Source: Octopus bimaculoides (taxonomy: Eukaryota). Taken from it: a stretch of 64,000 nt of DNA. The position numbers and the translations under genes are program-made. Where the stretch lies: the NCBI RefSeq assembly GCF_001194135.2, contig NC_068990.1, forward strand, positions 5,760,547 to 5,824,546, in the 5' to 3' direction. The notes beneath the pieces were generated by a model. The model saw only the letters and a program-made list of their open reading frames with translations, did no database searches and was not told where the DNA came from. Shown in pieces: positions 1-12,040 of the stretch; within the stretch, counting starts at the first letter, position 1, and each line of letters begins with the position of its first letter.

Positions 1-1778
1 CTGTATTAGATTTTTTTCCATTAAATATTTAGGTTCTCTTAAAAATGGAAGTTACAACTGAATGATAACTGATATAATCGAATACGTTTGAATACAACGT
101 TATGAACCCAAAATAAGTTTGTATCCTGTAACTCTTGTATAAAATAAAGATGTCAAAGAAACCCTGTTTGTAAAATTTTGCTTCACTCGTTAGCGGTTAG
201 CTATTAGATAAAAACGAGTGTAGGGATGTTAGAATACCCAACACATTTTCAAGAATCCTTAAAGACAAAACACCTCTCAAGATATGTTTTAGTTTTACTT
301 TCTTCCAGCAAATACATCAGTGAGAAGATGGACTTGGCACAGTGTCGGCCAAAATGCCTCCCGCTATTTATTTATTGTTCTCTACCTGTTGAGTTTAAAT
401 TCGTCGAAGCTCACTTTATTTCCATTGATCTTGAACTTGATAAAATTAAATACCAATCATTATATACCAGAGGTTTCCTTTGTTGTTAGCTCCTCAATCG
501 GATGCTAAACAACAGAAACAACAAATGTATTTGTTGTTATTGATATTGTTGGTTGGCCCCAAACTATCCTTTATTAAGTATCCTTGCAGTCAATGACATT
601 TTCAGTTGTGACCATCATATCTCCCCGTACTTGCAACTGTACTCCCAGAACCACATTATTTATTGTCTCCTTCATTTGCATGACGGCATGGTGTGGTTTC
701 AGTGTGATTTGACTATATGGCGCAATACATTTCGAGCCATCTTTAAAAACAAAACACTTGTCAAGTTATGCTGTTGAAAATTTTCCAAGCATCTCAGTGA
801 ATTAGAATCTATGATAGATTTTGCGAATGCGTCGCCCTGTTTCTCGAATTGGCATTTATGCAAGCTGTTAATAACTCACGTCTATTCAACTAGATTAATC
901 TAGATGGTGTAAATCAATTGATATTATACTTGATGTCAGCAAAGATATCAACTAATCAAAAGAATAACAATAAAATTTCTCAACACTCTTTAGACCATTG
1001 CAGCGTCAAGTGGAATCACTCGTTAAGCTACTATGATATAGTCAAAGAACTTCCAATCGTTTTTGTCTTCCACTTTTATTCAAGACTTTGCAGCAACATG
1101 AGCGTCCTTGTTTAAGATAGAAAATAGTTGCTTTGAAGAACAGTATTCTGCTTCTTTTTGCAGGTCTTGCGACCGTGTAACTTCTCTCTGGTTGTTGTTG
1201 CTGGAGCTAGTAGTGGTGTTATTAGTGGTTTTTAGCTTAATGCTATATTTCCGCAATTCTGCGTTTTTATTTAGGAATTGTATATCTATGAGTACATTGT
1301 CAATGCACACATTTTTGAAGGAAGTAGCATAGGATTTAAGGGACATTTGGTTGATGTTTTTAGCATTGTAGTCGTGACTATCCTTTCTTTTCTATTTCAG
1401 AGAAGATACTATCTAATGTACTCTTTTTTTATATACGTTACTAGGTGTGAATTAGGAAAGAATTGTTGTTATTTTTACCAGATCAAGCGACCACGTTGAA
1501 GTAATTTGAGGCTTGTTAGATTAAAATGATAGCAGCAGTATGACAGGGGAATATTTCAGGAATAGAAGCAGTTATGTATAGGAAAATATTGTATATCTGT
1601 GCGGAGTTTTAAAATAATGCAAAGCTTTGCACCATAATATTCAGATTCAGGGAAATTGTTACAAAGAGAAGGCAGTTTTAATATGTATATGGTTAACATC
1701 GTATTAAATGTGTGTGGATGTATTTGAAGCTTCAGGAAGTAATTAATTCGTTATGGTTCGTGGAGACAGAGAGGTCGA

Positions 1779-1806
1779 CATAAAACATAAAACATAAAAC
1801 ATAAAA
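1779..1806. repeat. Heptamer tandem repeat (CATAAAA)x4
   Basis: Read directly from the sequence. Confidence 0.95.
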
Positions 1807-2022
1807 CTAACCGAAACACGGAAAGTGAATTACGGGCAAGGATTGCTACAGCTGATGATGCCGATGATATCAACTCGACATTCAACGTATTATCCGTAGA
1901 TTTCAATTATAACCTTTGCCAGATATTCGAAAATATCGTTCCGTAACTGCTTCATTTAGTTTTTAGCGAAAAAATACCACCGGAAGGAGAAAGTGTTTAG
2001 TGTGAGCCCTAATTGGATTTAA

Positions 2023-2242
2023 ACCATTAATACATAGCGTCCAGAAAAATGAACGCAGGAAAAAATTACTATTGCTTGTTAAGTAACTACCTATTGAGCT
2101 TATTTTTGGTACAGTCTGCCTCTAAACTAGTGCTCTATGAGTGAGCAAGCGCCGCATACAAACAAACCAACTATACACACGTACGAAACAAGTAATAGTA
2201 ATTTTTCCTGCGTCCATTTTTCTGGCGCAACGCATTAATGGG
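2023..2242. mobile_element. piggyBac-type non-autonomous MITE, 220 bp
   Basis: Imperfect TIRs of about 57 bp (2023-2080 and 2187-2242; ccattaat..ccagaaaaatg(a/g)acgcaggaaaaa..ttactatt(g/a)cttgtt). TTAA on both sides (2019-2022, 2243-2246). Right end is GGG (CCC terminus); left end is ACC. Confidence 0.8.
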
Positions 2243-2473
2243 TTAAGGGAGGAATGTAATGATAATGGATTTGAGTTTCGAAATGGACAAAGTACTTAAA
2301 TAAACTAGATTTTATATCGATGGCAAATGATGGGCGAGGCGAACCGGACTTAAGTAAGAAGCATTAAGATAGAATAAACTATGGTTAGTATCTTTCTGAA
2401 ACGTCCATGCTGCTACAAATGATACATTGCTCGAGGCTTGTTTATACGTAGGTATTATGATAAGGTTTGTTTA

Positions 2474-2693
2474 GGCAGTTATCTGGCACTTATCTGGCAG
2501 AATCTTTAGAACGCCAGAAAAAGTGCTTCGCGGCATTTCGACCGTCTTAAATTTCTGAGTTCAAAATCCTCCGGGGTTGACTGCCTTTCATCCTTTTGCA
2601 GTTGAGTAAATGAGGACCAGTTGAACACTGGGGTCAATGTAATCAACTTTACCATTCTCTCGAAATTTCTAGTCTTTGACAAAATTTGAAACC
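2474..2693 (+). mobile_element. SINE family A copy, diverged
   Basis: Shares the family core with other in-window copies (gagttcaaa..gact(tt)gcctttcatcc..ctggggtc(g/a)atgtaatc(g/a)act). Confidence 0.85.
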
Positions 2694-2712
2694 ATTATGA
2701 TGAGGTATGTTA

Positions 2713-2889
2713 GGCAGCTAGAGAGAGGAATCGTTAGCACGGCCTTAGTTCGAATTCCGCCTGGTTAACTTTGCCTTTCATCCTTTCGGTATCGATGTAA
2801 TAAGTATCAATCGAACACTGAAGTCATTGTAATCGACTAACCCCACTCCCTCCCTAAAATTGTTAAGCCTTGTACCTACAGTAGAAAAT
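2713..2889 (+). mobile_element. SINE family A copy, internally deleted, in tandem with the previous copy
   Basis: gaatcgttagcacg head plus actttgcctttcatcctttcgg..taatcgactaaccc core. Confidence 0.85.
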
Positions 2890-3729
2890 ATTATGACTAG
2901 GTTTGTAGCAATAATTGAGAGATACTCTTTGAAAACGATTGTATTTTATAGTCGTATGTCACGATGTTTGTTAAATGAAATCTCATCCCTGAAAAAAAAT
3001 CTTTATTTGCATTTAAATTATAATTTTTGAAAATTCCTTCTCATTTGTTTTGTGAGAGTTCTAACCAAATTCAACGCAATAGCAGGTGTTCGTTTTAAAA
3101 TCGGTTTTTTTTTTGTTATTTACTTGATACAAACAGAACTCTGCATAGAATTGTAGAAGTATAGGAAATGAGCTTACTCGAGTTATAGTGGTGTAGATGC
3201 TGTTTTCTTGTGGGAACTCTGTATATACTTTTATTACATGATATATTCTGTTTGGAAGCTAGTAATGTTATTGTTTAAAGTATCGGGTTTAACGGACTAG
3301 ATTCTCTCATTGATTGCTTGGCTAAGTATTTCATAGTATAGAAAAAGATTATTCAAACTCGAAGTTAATAGAATTTTGCAGTTTGCACCTGAAAGCTTTT
3401 AACTCAGGAAAACAACTTGAATACTTAATTGTAAGATGGAATCTAAACATTGAATTACTCTTAACAGAGACACTTAATTTTACTTCTAAAATCTGGATAA
3501 TTTTAGTTCCAGTGTAAGATACTTTTAAAACACAGTAGATGATTATTAAAGCTATCTGTTTCCAGCTGAGACAGAGTCATTTATAGAAATTTTTTACAAA
3601 GTTTCTTGGCAAAATACATTTCGTTGGATACAATATCGCTGACAGATAATAGTGAAGGTTGATGTGAGGATTTTCAAACACTTCTTGGCATATCATCAAG
3701 GCAATTAACTTCTATCAATACCTTCACAG

Positions 3730-3784
3730 AATGCAAGAACATGGTAAAGTTCAATGTTCCTGATCCGACTTATTTTCTAATACG
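3730..3784 (+). CDS. Candidate internal micro-exon, 55 nt, phase 1 to 2: xCKNMVKFNVPDPTYFLIR
   Basis: Acceptor cttctatcaataccttcacag| and donor cg|gtaaga. Only one frame is open. No homology recognised. Confidence 0.3.
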
Positions 3785-4068
3785 GTAAGATATTCACATT
3801 ACACCTGAATTCAATAGTTAAACCTAGCTGTGATTTCCTGGTATGATGTTAAGAATGTTAAGAATATCAATAAAATCTTGATATGATGATAAAATACTCT
3901 TCCATAATAAAAAGTTGTATTGCTTGTTTAAATAAATCTATGTACTATGGATATATGCATGTATATATGCATAAACCCTAAAACTGAGCTTTTCTATTTC
4001 TTTAAAGGTATCTATTTAAACAAATATGTTTATGAATTTGTGCAAAGTAAACACACACACTCGTATAT

Positions 4069-4232
4069 AGGCGCAGTAGCTGTGTGATAAATAGCTTGCT
4101 TACCAACCACATGGTTCCAAGTTCAGTCCCACTGTATGGAACCTTCGGCAAGTGCCTTCTACTATAGCCTCGGGCCGACCAAAAACTTGTGAGGAGATTT
4201 GGTAGATGGAAACTGGAAGAAGCCCGTCGTAT
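4069..4232 (+). mobile_element. SINE family B (tRNA-like head) followed by (GT)n
   Basis: ggcgcag..agcttgctt..aaccacatggttcc..gttcagtcccactg..gccgaccaaa..ggaaactg..gaagcccgtcgtat; matches the copies at 21582 and 23668. Confidence 0.85.
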
Positions 4233-4451
4233 GTGTGTGTGTGTGTGTGTGTGTGTCTCCATAACATATATTATTGGCCTGAAGAGTAACCAGCGATATA
4301 CACCTCGGTTGGATATTTACCGCTTCTGAGGTTCCGCTCGCTATGAAACATATGTAACCCGGATCTTATCTACTCCATTTCTTAACTCTCGTATAGGTGT
4401 GTGGGGGAGGTGATGTCTGTGTGTGTGTGTTTGCGTGTGTACGTATGTGTA

Positions 4452-4512
4452 TGGATGGATGGATGGATGGATGGATGGATGGATGGATGGATGGATGGAT
4501 GGATGGATGGAT
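4452..4512. repeat. (GGAT)n microsatellite within a (GT)-rich tract
   Basis: Read directly from the sequence. Confidence 0.95.
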
Positions 4513-6897
4513 GCGTGTGTGTGTGTGTGCGTGTGTGAGTGAATGATTGAGATTATTGTGTTTTATATCATGTTTACTACTAAATTCTTTTATAGTTTAA
4601 CAATTATTTTGTTTACATCATCATTATTTCAAAATTGTCTTTATGATTTTTTTAGCAATAGAGAATGAAAGAATTTGAAATTGGTTTCTTCCGGAAACTT
4701 TCATTTCAATCGAATTTCCTACTCTTACGTTGACCTTTCTATCGCATATTTATGACTGCCCTTTTACCTTTTCAGATAATTTATTGTATTAACAATATAG
4801 TAATAAACGATTCGTTGCAGGGTCCGAACCAACCCCATTGCCTTTCAAATTCAATCTATTTGCTCAGTCGCATCCAGTCACCAATTAGAATGATTGTCCT
4901 TATTTCATATGGAAAATTTGTTTTACAGATAACACACAGATACATATACACCGAAAGACATACACATCGTCATACAATCACACAGTTCTGTTTATACAAA
5001 GAAATAAACAGTGGTATGTAACAATCACAGATACGTATATAGATATACACAAACAGATAAACGGATAGACATCACATTCCCTAGAACATACTAAGACACG
5101 CAGATGCATAAAGAAATATACAGACGCGCATTCACTTACGTACACACACACAGACACACACACACGCGAACAAGTGTCTGTAAAGGTATATACACAAACA
5201 TATAGAGAAATTACAAAGAACTATGTTCAATGAAGAACTTGCAATGTCCAATGCAAAGACTAATTGACAAACTCTGCTTTCTTCCCAATTTATACCAATT
5301 ATTTAATTGAAGTAGAATCTTTTAGATGAGGACTTAAGGATTATGAAATTTGTTTTACTCCAGAATCCAAGATCTAACTATGCTTTCTTTTCTTTGAAGT
5401 CATGTAAGCATTCATAAAATATTGTTTCTTATACTAAAAATATTTTAAAGTTGGACGCCAACAGAAAGAAAAATCTTGTAAAATATCAATCAAATTAATG
5501 GAGATTGAATTTTCTCTTTCATCAGTTAAACCAGATAAAACCAAAGTTATAACATAGAGATAACAGAGATAACATTGTTACAAATGCGATATTCAACTCA
5601 CGAAACACCTGAGCGTTAGCACAATTACAGAATTTACGTATTTTCTTTGAGAAATAATTTGATAGTGGTTTTACATTAAGAAATTTTCACAATTCATTTG
5701 TCACAATAATCGAATACTTTTGAACAACAGAAATTGAGAGGCGCCAAACTAGATGACTTGTCTTGTAGTATTTCTAACTTTATATACTGCTAGTGATAAG
5801 TTTCATTTTATTTTTCCCGGGTTTCTATATAAGTCACAATCATAAATCTGACTATTTATTTTCAGCAATGTACGAAGTTATATAAAACTTATGTTAGCAT
5901 GCATTGTTCTCTCCTTCTCAAAATATACTATTTCACAAAATCCTCCAAAATGTGAAATAGTAGTCTTTTATTTGAACTTTTCGGAATTAAACCTATTTCC
6001 AGTAGCATCTCCGGTTTTCAGATATTGTTCATCATAAACAGGATTGCAAGAAAATAAATTAAAATTGTAAACAGAATTCTAATGGAACTGGATATAATAT
6101 ACATTTTAACATGAGATATTGTTCTTAACTCATTACATTTCCTATTCATACTGTTCAGTGTATCCTGTTTACATAAACCAGCAGGAGATAACTGGCTATT
6201 TGTAGTATCAATTTTCCAGTCTTTTATTACATTTAATGACTTCTATAATCTCAAAGCCAGTATATTAGTGATACTGAATATTATATGTCGAACTATAATT
6301 TTCATATCATTTATATGTACGCAAGAGGGTTCATTTGCAAATATACTTCGAGACTTTAAACGGAACACTAGATAAGCAGGCTCTACCACACGTTGCAAAT
6401 ATTACTCTTCGCACATATTATTGTCTAGAAATGTAGGCGTGCTTATGCATTTTAAGAATTCACTTTACCAACTACCATGTTTTAAGTTCTCTTCGACAGC
6501 ACTGAAACCTGGCCAAGTGTTCTCTGTCATAGCTTTGAGTCAGGCAAAACCATGTGAAAACGATGAACGTAAAGAAACAATATGTTCCTGGATCATCGGC
6601 TGCAAACTGTTAGTGTATTGGTGCCAATTATTAACCATTGCATATACAAAGGTGTCTAATCGTGGCGAACCAGAAAAATAATTGAGGTAGCTGTTATGAA
6701 GATCTAACAATACAGCAACGTAATATAGTCTATGTATATCTGTATACGTATTTGCGATTGCGAGAGAAGCGTTCGTGCTATCTAACAATACCAGAGTTCT
6801 AGGAGTAACGGCTGGTTGCCTTAAAATATCTACATGCTATTTTAATTCAGACATTGACTTAGCAGGCAGCAGTTGATAAATAAATATATAAATGTTT

Positions 6898-6903
6898 GTG
6901 TGC

Positions 6904-6968
<65 letters not shown>

Positions 6969-6991
6969 TGTGCGTGCGTGTGTGTGTGTGT
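6898..6991. repeat. (GT)n microsatellite
   Basis: Read directly from the sequence. Confidence 0.95.
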
Positions 6992-7649
6992 AGAGAGAGA
7001 GAGAGGCGGGTTCAGGAAACTTTTGATATAAAAGCCATTCTTTCTAAATCACGATGTGTCTAATTGTATGCAAATTGAAGTGGATCTATCCTGTAATCCG
7101 TATTGATTCTTGTCTTTATCTGACATGATATACTTAACAACCTCTTAGTGATTCTTCTTTGGCATAAAGCTTGTTTGTGTTGTTATTTCTGTTGTTATTA
7201 TATTGTTGTCTTTGCAGTCGTGTATTTTTGTTATTTATTTCTTTTGTTTTTGCTAAACAAAATATCACTTACTTGTGTATGTATGTAAAAACTGGATTTA
7301 ACTCGTTCATATTGCTTCTTTCAAGTCACACTATAATTCAATGCGTGAGAAGCAATCTTTTGTGAAAACTATCGATGTAATAATTGCACGCTTGATATCT
7401 TGGGTTATGTTAGTCCGCTATTCGTCAATTCTTAAAATTACTTCAATCATGTGGTCATACTGTAGCATTATCTTAAAGCGCTATGGTCGATCATATTCAC
7501 ATATGTACGAGTTTCTGGTGTCTGATAATTATTTTCTCGACATCTATTCATCACATGGTTAGGTTACTTTCTGACGTAAATGGATGAAACTCGTTATGTT
7601 TTACAGCGATATGCACAAACACATATATGCACACTCACATACACATATA

Positions 7650-7711
<62 letters not shown>

Positions 7712-7734
7712 TACATACACACACATATACACGT

Positions 7735-7880
7735 GTATGTGTCAGTGGGTGGTTGAGTTCCCGTCTATAACATTCCATTCACACGATATCAGTTAATCCG
7801 AGGCTGCTGCAAATGACGCTTCCAAGTTGCAATGCACTGAAACCGAACCCGGATTCGTAACCACACGGTTGTGCCTTCAC
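7735..7880 (-). mobile_element. Degenerate SINE family B copy
   Basis: Reverse complement resembles the family B head (aaccgaacccgga, ccgaggctg, aaccacacgg on the + strand). Confidence 0.55.
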
Positions 7881-9859
7881 TTATATTTTACCATTAATAG
7901 AAATAGGTTTTAGGAACTAGGAGAACAGTGAAGTATATTAGGCTATGGTTAGAAAGTAATGAGTGGACACAGCCGACCTATTCGCGCGAACTGAAAGGTA
8001 GGAAACGCCGAGCACTTGCGTGCCCTCAATTTCCATCATTGTATGTTACAATTTCGCATTAATGTTCTTGTTTTCTAACCTTGGACTGCTGTCCTTCTTA
8101 TTGTTGCTATTGCTGTGTTTGTTTTAGAAAAAAACAGCATGAGTAAAATGTTTTATCGTGCTGACCGTAATAATCGATCTCAGTATAATCTTTAAATGAA
8201 ATTCTATGTCGAGTTTAATTAGAATAAAATATTATTGGACTAAGTCAATTGAGTATCCATCGCGTCTGAGTTATTTCTGCTCAAAATAATTCTTCCTTTC
8301 TGCGAAAAGAATTTTATCATCATCTACATTTAGTTAATTCTACTGTGAATGCTTCAGCAAATATGAGAAAGTGTATTATGCTGGTCAGGTCAGAAACGAC
8401 CAAAACATATTCGGAGTTTTCCTCCTGCATATACAAAAGTATTTACAATAATATCAGTCATGAACTAACATCGTTTTCTTTTCTTTATCAAGAAAATGTC
8501 TTGATAACTTTTGACGCATTGTGAATTAAAGATATCAACACTAACTTCCTCTTATTCCTTTGCAAGGACCTCTGTATTAAAATGACTAAAATTGCTGTAC
8601 ATTGTCAATGGAGCAGACAAATCGTGATGAATTATATCAAATAACTTGCAGTATTGATTTAGGCCATACATTGCTCTTAGTTCAAACCTAGCCAGTGTAG
8701 GCTTTGCATCCTCCTTTAGGATAGATAAAATAGTAATCAGTAATGTACTTGTGCATATTCATTTGATTAGGCATATATATTCAGCACCCTACATGAAATC
8801 AAAGTTATCGGTTGTGATGCGACATCATATGAAAGGTTATATGACATTTTTGTTTTGTTATCATTTAATATTGCTTGAATATAATATGGTAATGAGTTAT
8901 ATTTATATATAATCAGAAACGGAGCATAAAGATATAGTTGATAACTAATTAGTATTCTCTTAGCTAACATAATCAATCATGACTAGTATTTGTAATTTTG
9001 AGGTATCGTATTTGCTGTGTAAGAAAAATAGCTTATCTTCAAGTTGTTGAAATGAAAGATATTAAAGAATACCTTATTTTTCTAATGAGTTCATATATCA
9101 AAATGACACAATGAATAAAACTAATAAGTCGGAATAAAAGCCCTTTGCTTCTCATTTTTCTTCATAGCTTTTTGCTGACTAACAGTGAATACAATTTGTC
9201 CCAGAACAGACTCTCTTCTCATTTTGTTTGTTTTCTTTTCCTTTTTTAATCATAACGATAAATCGTTCATCGTAGTTTTTATTTGAGCATAGCTAATTCT
9301 GAGGGGGTAGTCATAAGGGTACTAAATAGTAAATCATAGTTTCACCCGCTTATATAATGAACTGTGCTGAAATTTATTTTCTCTAATAACAGTTTGATAA
9401 TTAACTTCGTTACTTGCGTTTGATTAGGCTGTTTCATTAGACAACCAACTTATTGTCTGTGTATATATTTCTAACATCTTCAGTAACTCGGATGATTTGT
9501 ACTTATTATTCAATGAAATTTATAGCTGAAACTGTCAGATATCATTTGGCCCAGGTCTATTTAATTGTCATTAGACCAGACATCGCAGTTAATGAAATAG
9601 ATTGCAGAAACTAAAATCTCTCCAATGCTGTTAATATGAAAATTACTTGAAATTTAACCGTTTTACTAAATATAGATTATCTATTATACTACATAATAGC
9701 AGGCTTTAAGTTTTAATTTCCTGGTGAAAATTGGAAACTGAAATCAGCCAGACTTGACAACTTACTGCTGTCACTCATAAGCAAGTATGGTAATATCTAC
9801 TGTGAGGTCACTTATTGTTTCAGTTGTTTGTGTCATCAAGAAGAAACGTGGACACTCTC

Positions 9860-10070
9860 CCAGCTCCCCTATCCTTGATTCTGCAGAACAACCAGAATGT
9901 GACAGCTGGAGATAGAGAACGACTAGTACTCAATAACAGCTGAATAGACTGAAGCAGCATGAAATGAAATAGTTTGTTCCAAGACACAATTTGTCAACTG
10001 GTTCAGGAATCAAACCCAACATATTTTGATTGGGAGCCCTACGTTCAAATCAATAGGCTACGTGCCTTCA
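9860..10070 (-). mobile_element. SINE family D (tRNA head plus conserved core), degenerate
   Basis: Minus strand has a B-box-like gggtttgattcc, then ttgtgtcttggaacaa..tttcatgctgcttcagtctattcagctg, as in the copies at 28578 and 39590. Confidence 0.65.
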
Positions 10071-10120
10071 GAATGTTAAGCATGAACGTGAAAACAATAC
10101 TAATATTAACTGTAGTACAA

Positions 10121-10326
10121 GGGCAGTGAGTTGGGCGAACCTTTGGTATGGTGGGCAAAATGCTTAGCAACATTTCATCCTCTTAGTTTAAATTCTGCCG
10201 AGGCCGACTTTGACTTAATCCTCAGGAAGTTGATAAAATAAGTACCTGTTGAGCACTGTGATCGATGTAATCGACTTAACTTCTTCCCCAAACTTACTGA
10301 CATTGTGCGAAACTTTAAAACCAATA
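10121..10326 (+). mobile_element. SINE family A copy whose 3' tail is the target of the hammerhead-bearing insertion
   Basis: ggcagtgagttgg head; gccgactttg..gataaaataagtacc..gatcgatgtaatcgactt core; tail ends aactttaaaaccaata. Confidence 0.85.
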
Positions 10327-10517
10327 CAGTCTTATATTTAAGAGATGAGAAATTATGTACATTATTTACATTATTTAAAATTGACGGATATTAAGGAAGA
10401 ATAGGAGACTATTAGATTTATAAGCCCTAAAATTCACTCTATAATTGCCCACGGGTATAAGGCGTAGTGGTTAAGAGCTACTAACGCCAAGATTCCGAGT
10501 TCGATTCCAGGCAGTGA

Positions 10518-10596
<79 letters not shown>

Positions 10597-10733
10597 AACA
10601 ACAACAACAATAGCAGCAACATCGAAAAGTACCTTAGGAATGAGAACCCCCAAAACACCTGATGAAGGCTGGAGGGTATATCAGCCGAAACGTTGTGTTA
10701 GCAACAAACAAGGTGAGGATAAATATCCGTCAA
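10327..10733 (+). mobile_element. Composite Penelope-like unit: inverted terminal fragment, tRNA-like head, (AAT/AAC)n and hammerhead
   Basis: 13-bp direct repeat tttaaaaccaata at 10314-10326 and 10734-10746. Perfect 15-bp inverted repeat at 10378-10392 / 10722-10736. A-box-like aggcgtagtgg at 10460-10470, B-box agttcgattcc at 10498-10508, HHR at 10654-10699. Confidence 0.75.
10654..10699 (+). ncRNA. Minimal type-I hammerhead ribozyme (PLE-type, dimer-dependent), intact core
   Basis: Helix I AACAC(10654-58)/GTGTT(10695-99); CTGATGA 10659-65 plus an extra A; helix II GGCTG/CAGCC with a 10-nt loop; GAAA 10687-90; palindromic helix III ACGT 10690-93; predicted cleavage after 10694 (GUU). Confidence 0.8.
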
Positions 10734-11479
10734 TTTAAAACCAATATTAATCGTAGTGCTAGGTTATGGTGCGCAAAAAACTATGGACGAATACATTAGA
10801 CAAAAGTCTACTACTGAGTCACCTGTGTCAAGTGACTGAGACAAGTAAAAGAATTAAAAAATAAAAGAATTAAAAAATAAAAGAATATGTATCTATCTTT
10901 CTAAACATACATACATGCATATAAATATGACTGTGTACGAATATGTCTATTGAGATACCCAGAATCTATGACCATATGAATGAAATAAATTTGACATGTA
11001 CAAATTAAAAATAAGTAACAACATAGTGGTGTTAAAATATCTTTCTTGGCATACATATACATTTAAAACCGCTGGAATTATAATGATTTGAGCCGTGTGA
11101 TATTAGTCGTCTATGTATTTCATATTTTAGATATGACATTACCCGAGTATTATTAGTTATCTATGTAACGCATTCAATATGGCCACTGTATCAAACATCG
11201 TGTTCGGTTGAATCTTCGATATCGTCGCCATTATAGAATTTGTCCTAATTCCTTAATTAATAATTTTATACTTTATTAACAAATAATTTTTATCAGTTAC
11301 TTTTTATGGATCACCTTTTGACTAGTAATTCTTTTATCGTGCTCATTTTTATTTGTTTGGTATGATTGAGACCCTCTCTGTATAATTATTGATATCATCA
11401 TTTCAATTATAATTATTGAGATTATAATCGCAATCACGCTCTAAACTGAAACGCTAAAACAATAATCAAGTCATTATCA

Positions 11480-12040
11480 TTATTTTTGTTTCGTTTTCAT
11501 CATTATCATTGACATCGTTATCAACACCTTTATTGTGTCCAATGATGCCATTATCTTCGTCCTCCTCTCACTTCTCTTGCTCTTGTTCCCTCTCATTATC
11601 ATTGGCTTCATCTTCCTCTTCGTCGTCGTCAATGGCATCATTATCATTATCATCATCCCATCAGCCACAAAAACAAAAACAATATTGTCATTCTCATTTT
11701 CCATCAGCACTTGTGCCGTCGTGGTCACTCTCGTATCATCACGTCATCCTCTTTCTACCTCTTTTTGTCTCATAACCATCATCATAATCATCATCGTTAT
11801 CATCATCATTATTGCTATTTTGAGCAGCACCCAAATAACAATAATCACTAATATTATGGTTGTAAACATCGCGATAAACATCACGATATATACCATAATC
11901 GTGATCAGGATACCAATCTCTATCATCATCAACAAAAATAAAAACAAACGTATAGATATCATTATCACTTCTACCATTGTCATGGTCACAAAGTCATCAT
12001 CATCATCATCATCATCATTATCATCATCGTTGTCGTCTCC
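11480..12040. repeat. Cryptic (CAT/CGT/TAT)n low-complexity tract
   Basis: Degenerate trinucleotide repeats; overlapping biased ORFs on both strands. Confidence 0.85.

Noticed and set aside
600-660. Minus-strand RYDGHN resembling the piggyBac C-terminal RYDG..HW motif
   Set aside because: Followed by a stop and no cysteine-rich domain; a six-residue match is compatible with chance.
4276-4362. Hammerhead-like arrangement CTGAAGA..GAAA-CATATG-TA with a palindromic helix III and a long interrupted hairpin
   Set aside because: Helix I gives only about 2 bp with a mismatch at the cleavage site, and the base of helix II is poor. No related copy exists in the window.
10460-10520. tRNA gene
   Set aside because: A- and B-boxes are present but the anticodon arm and acceptor stem do not form; it is a tRNA-derived head. 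The same applies to 28578-28630 and 39820-39862.
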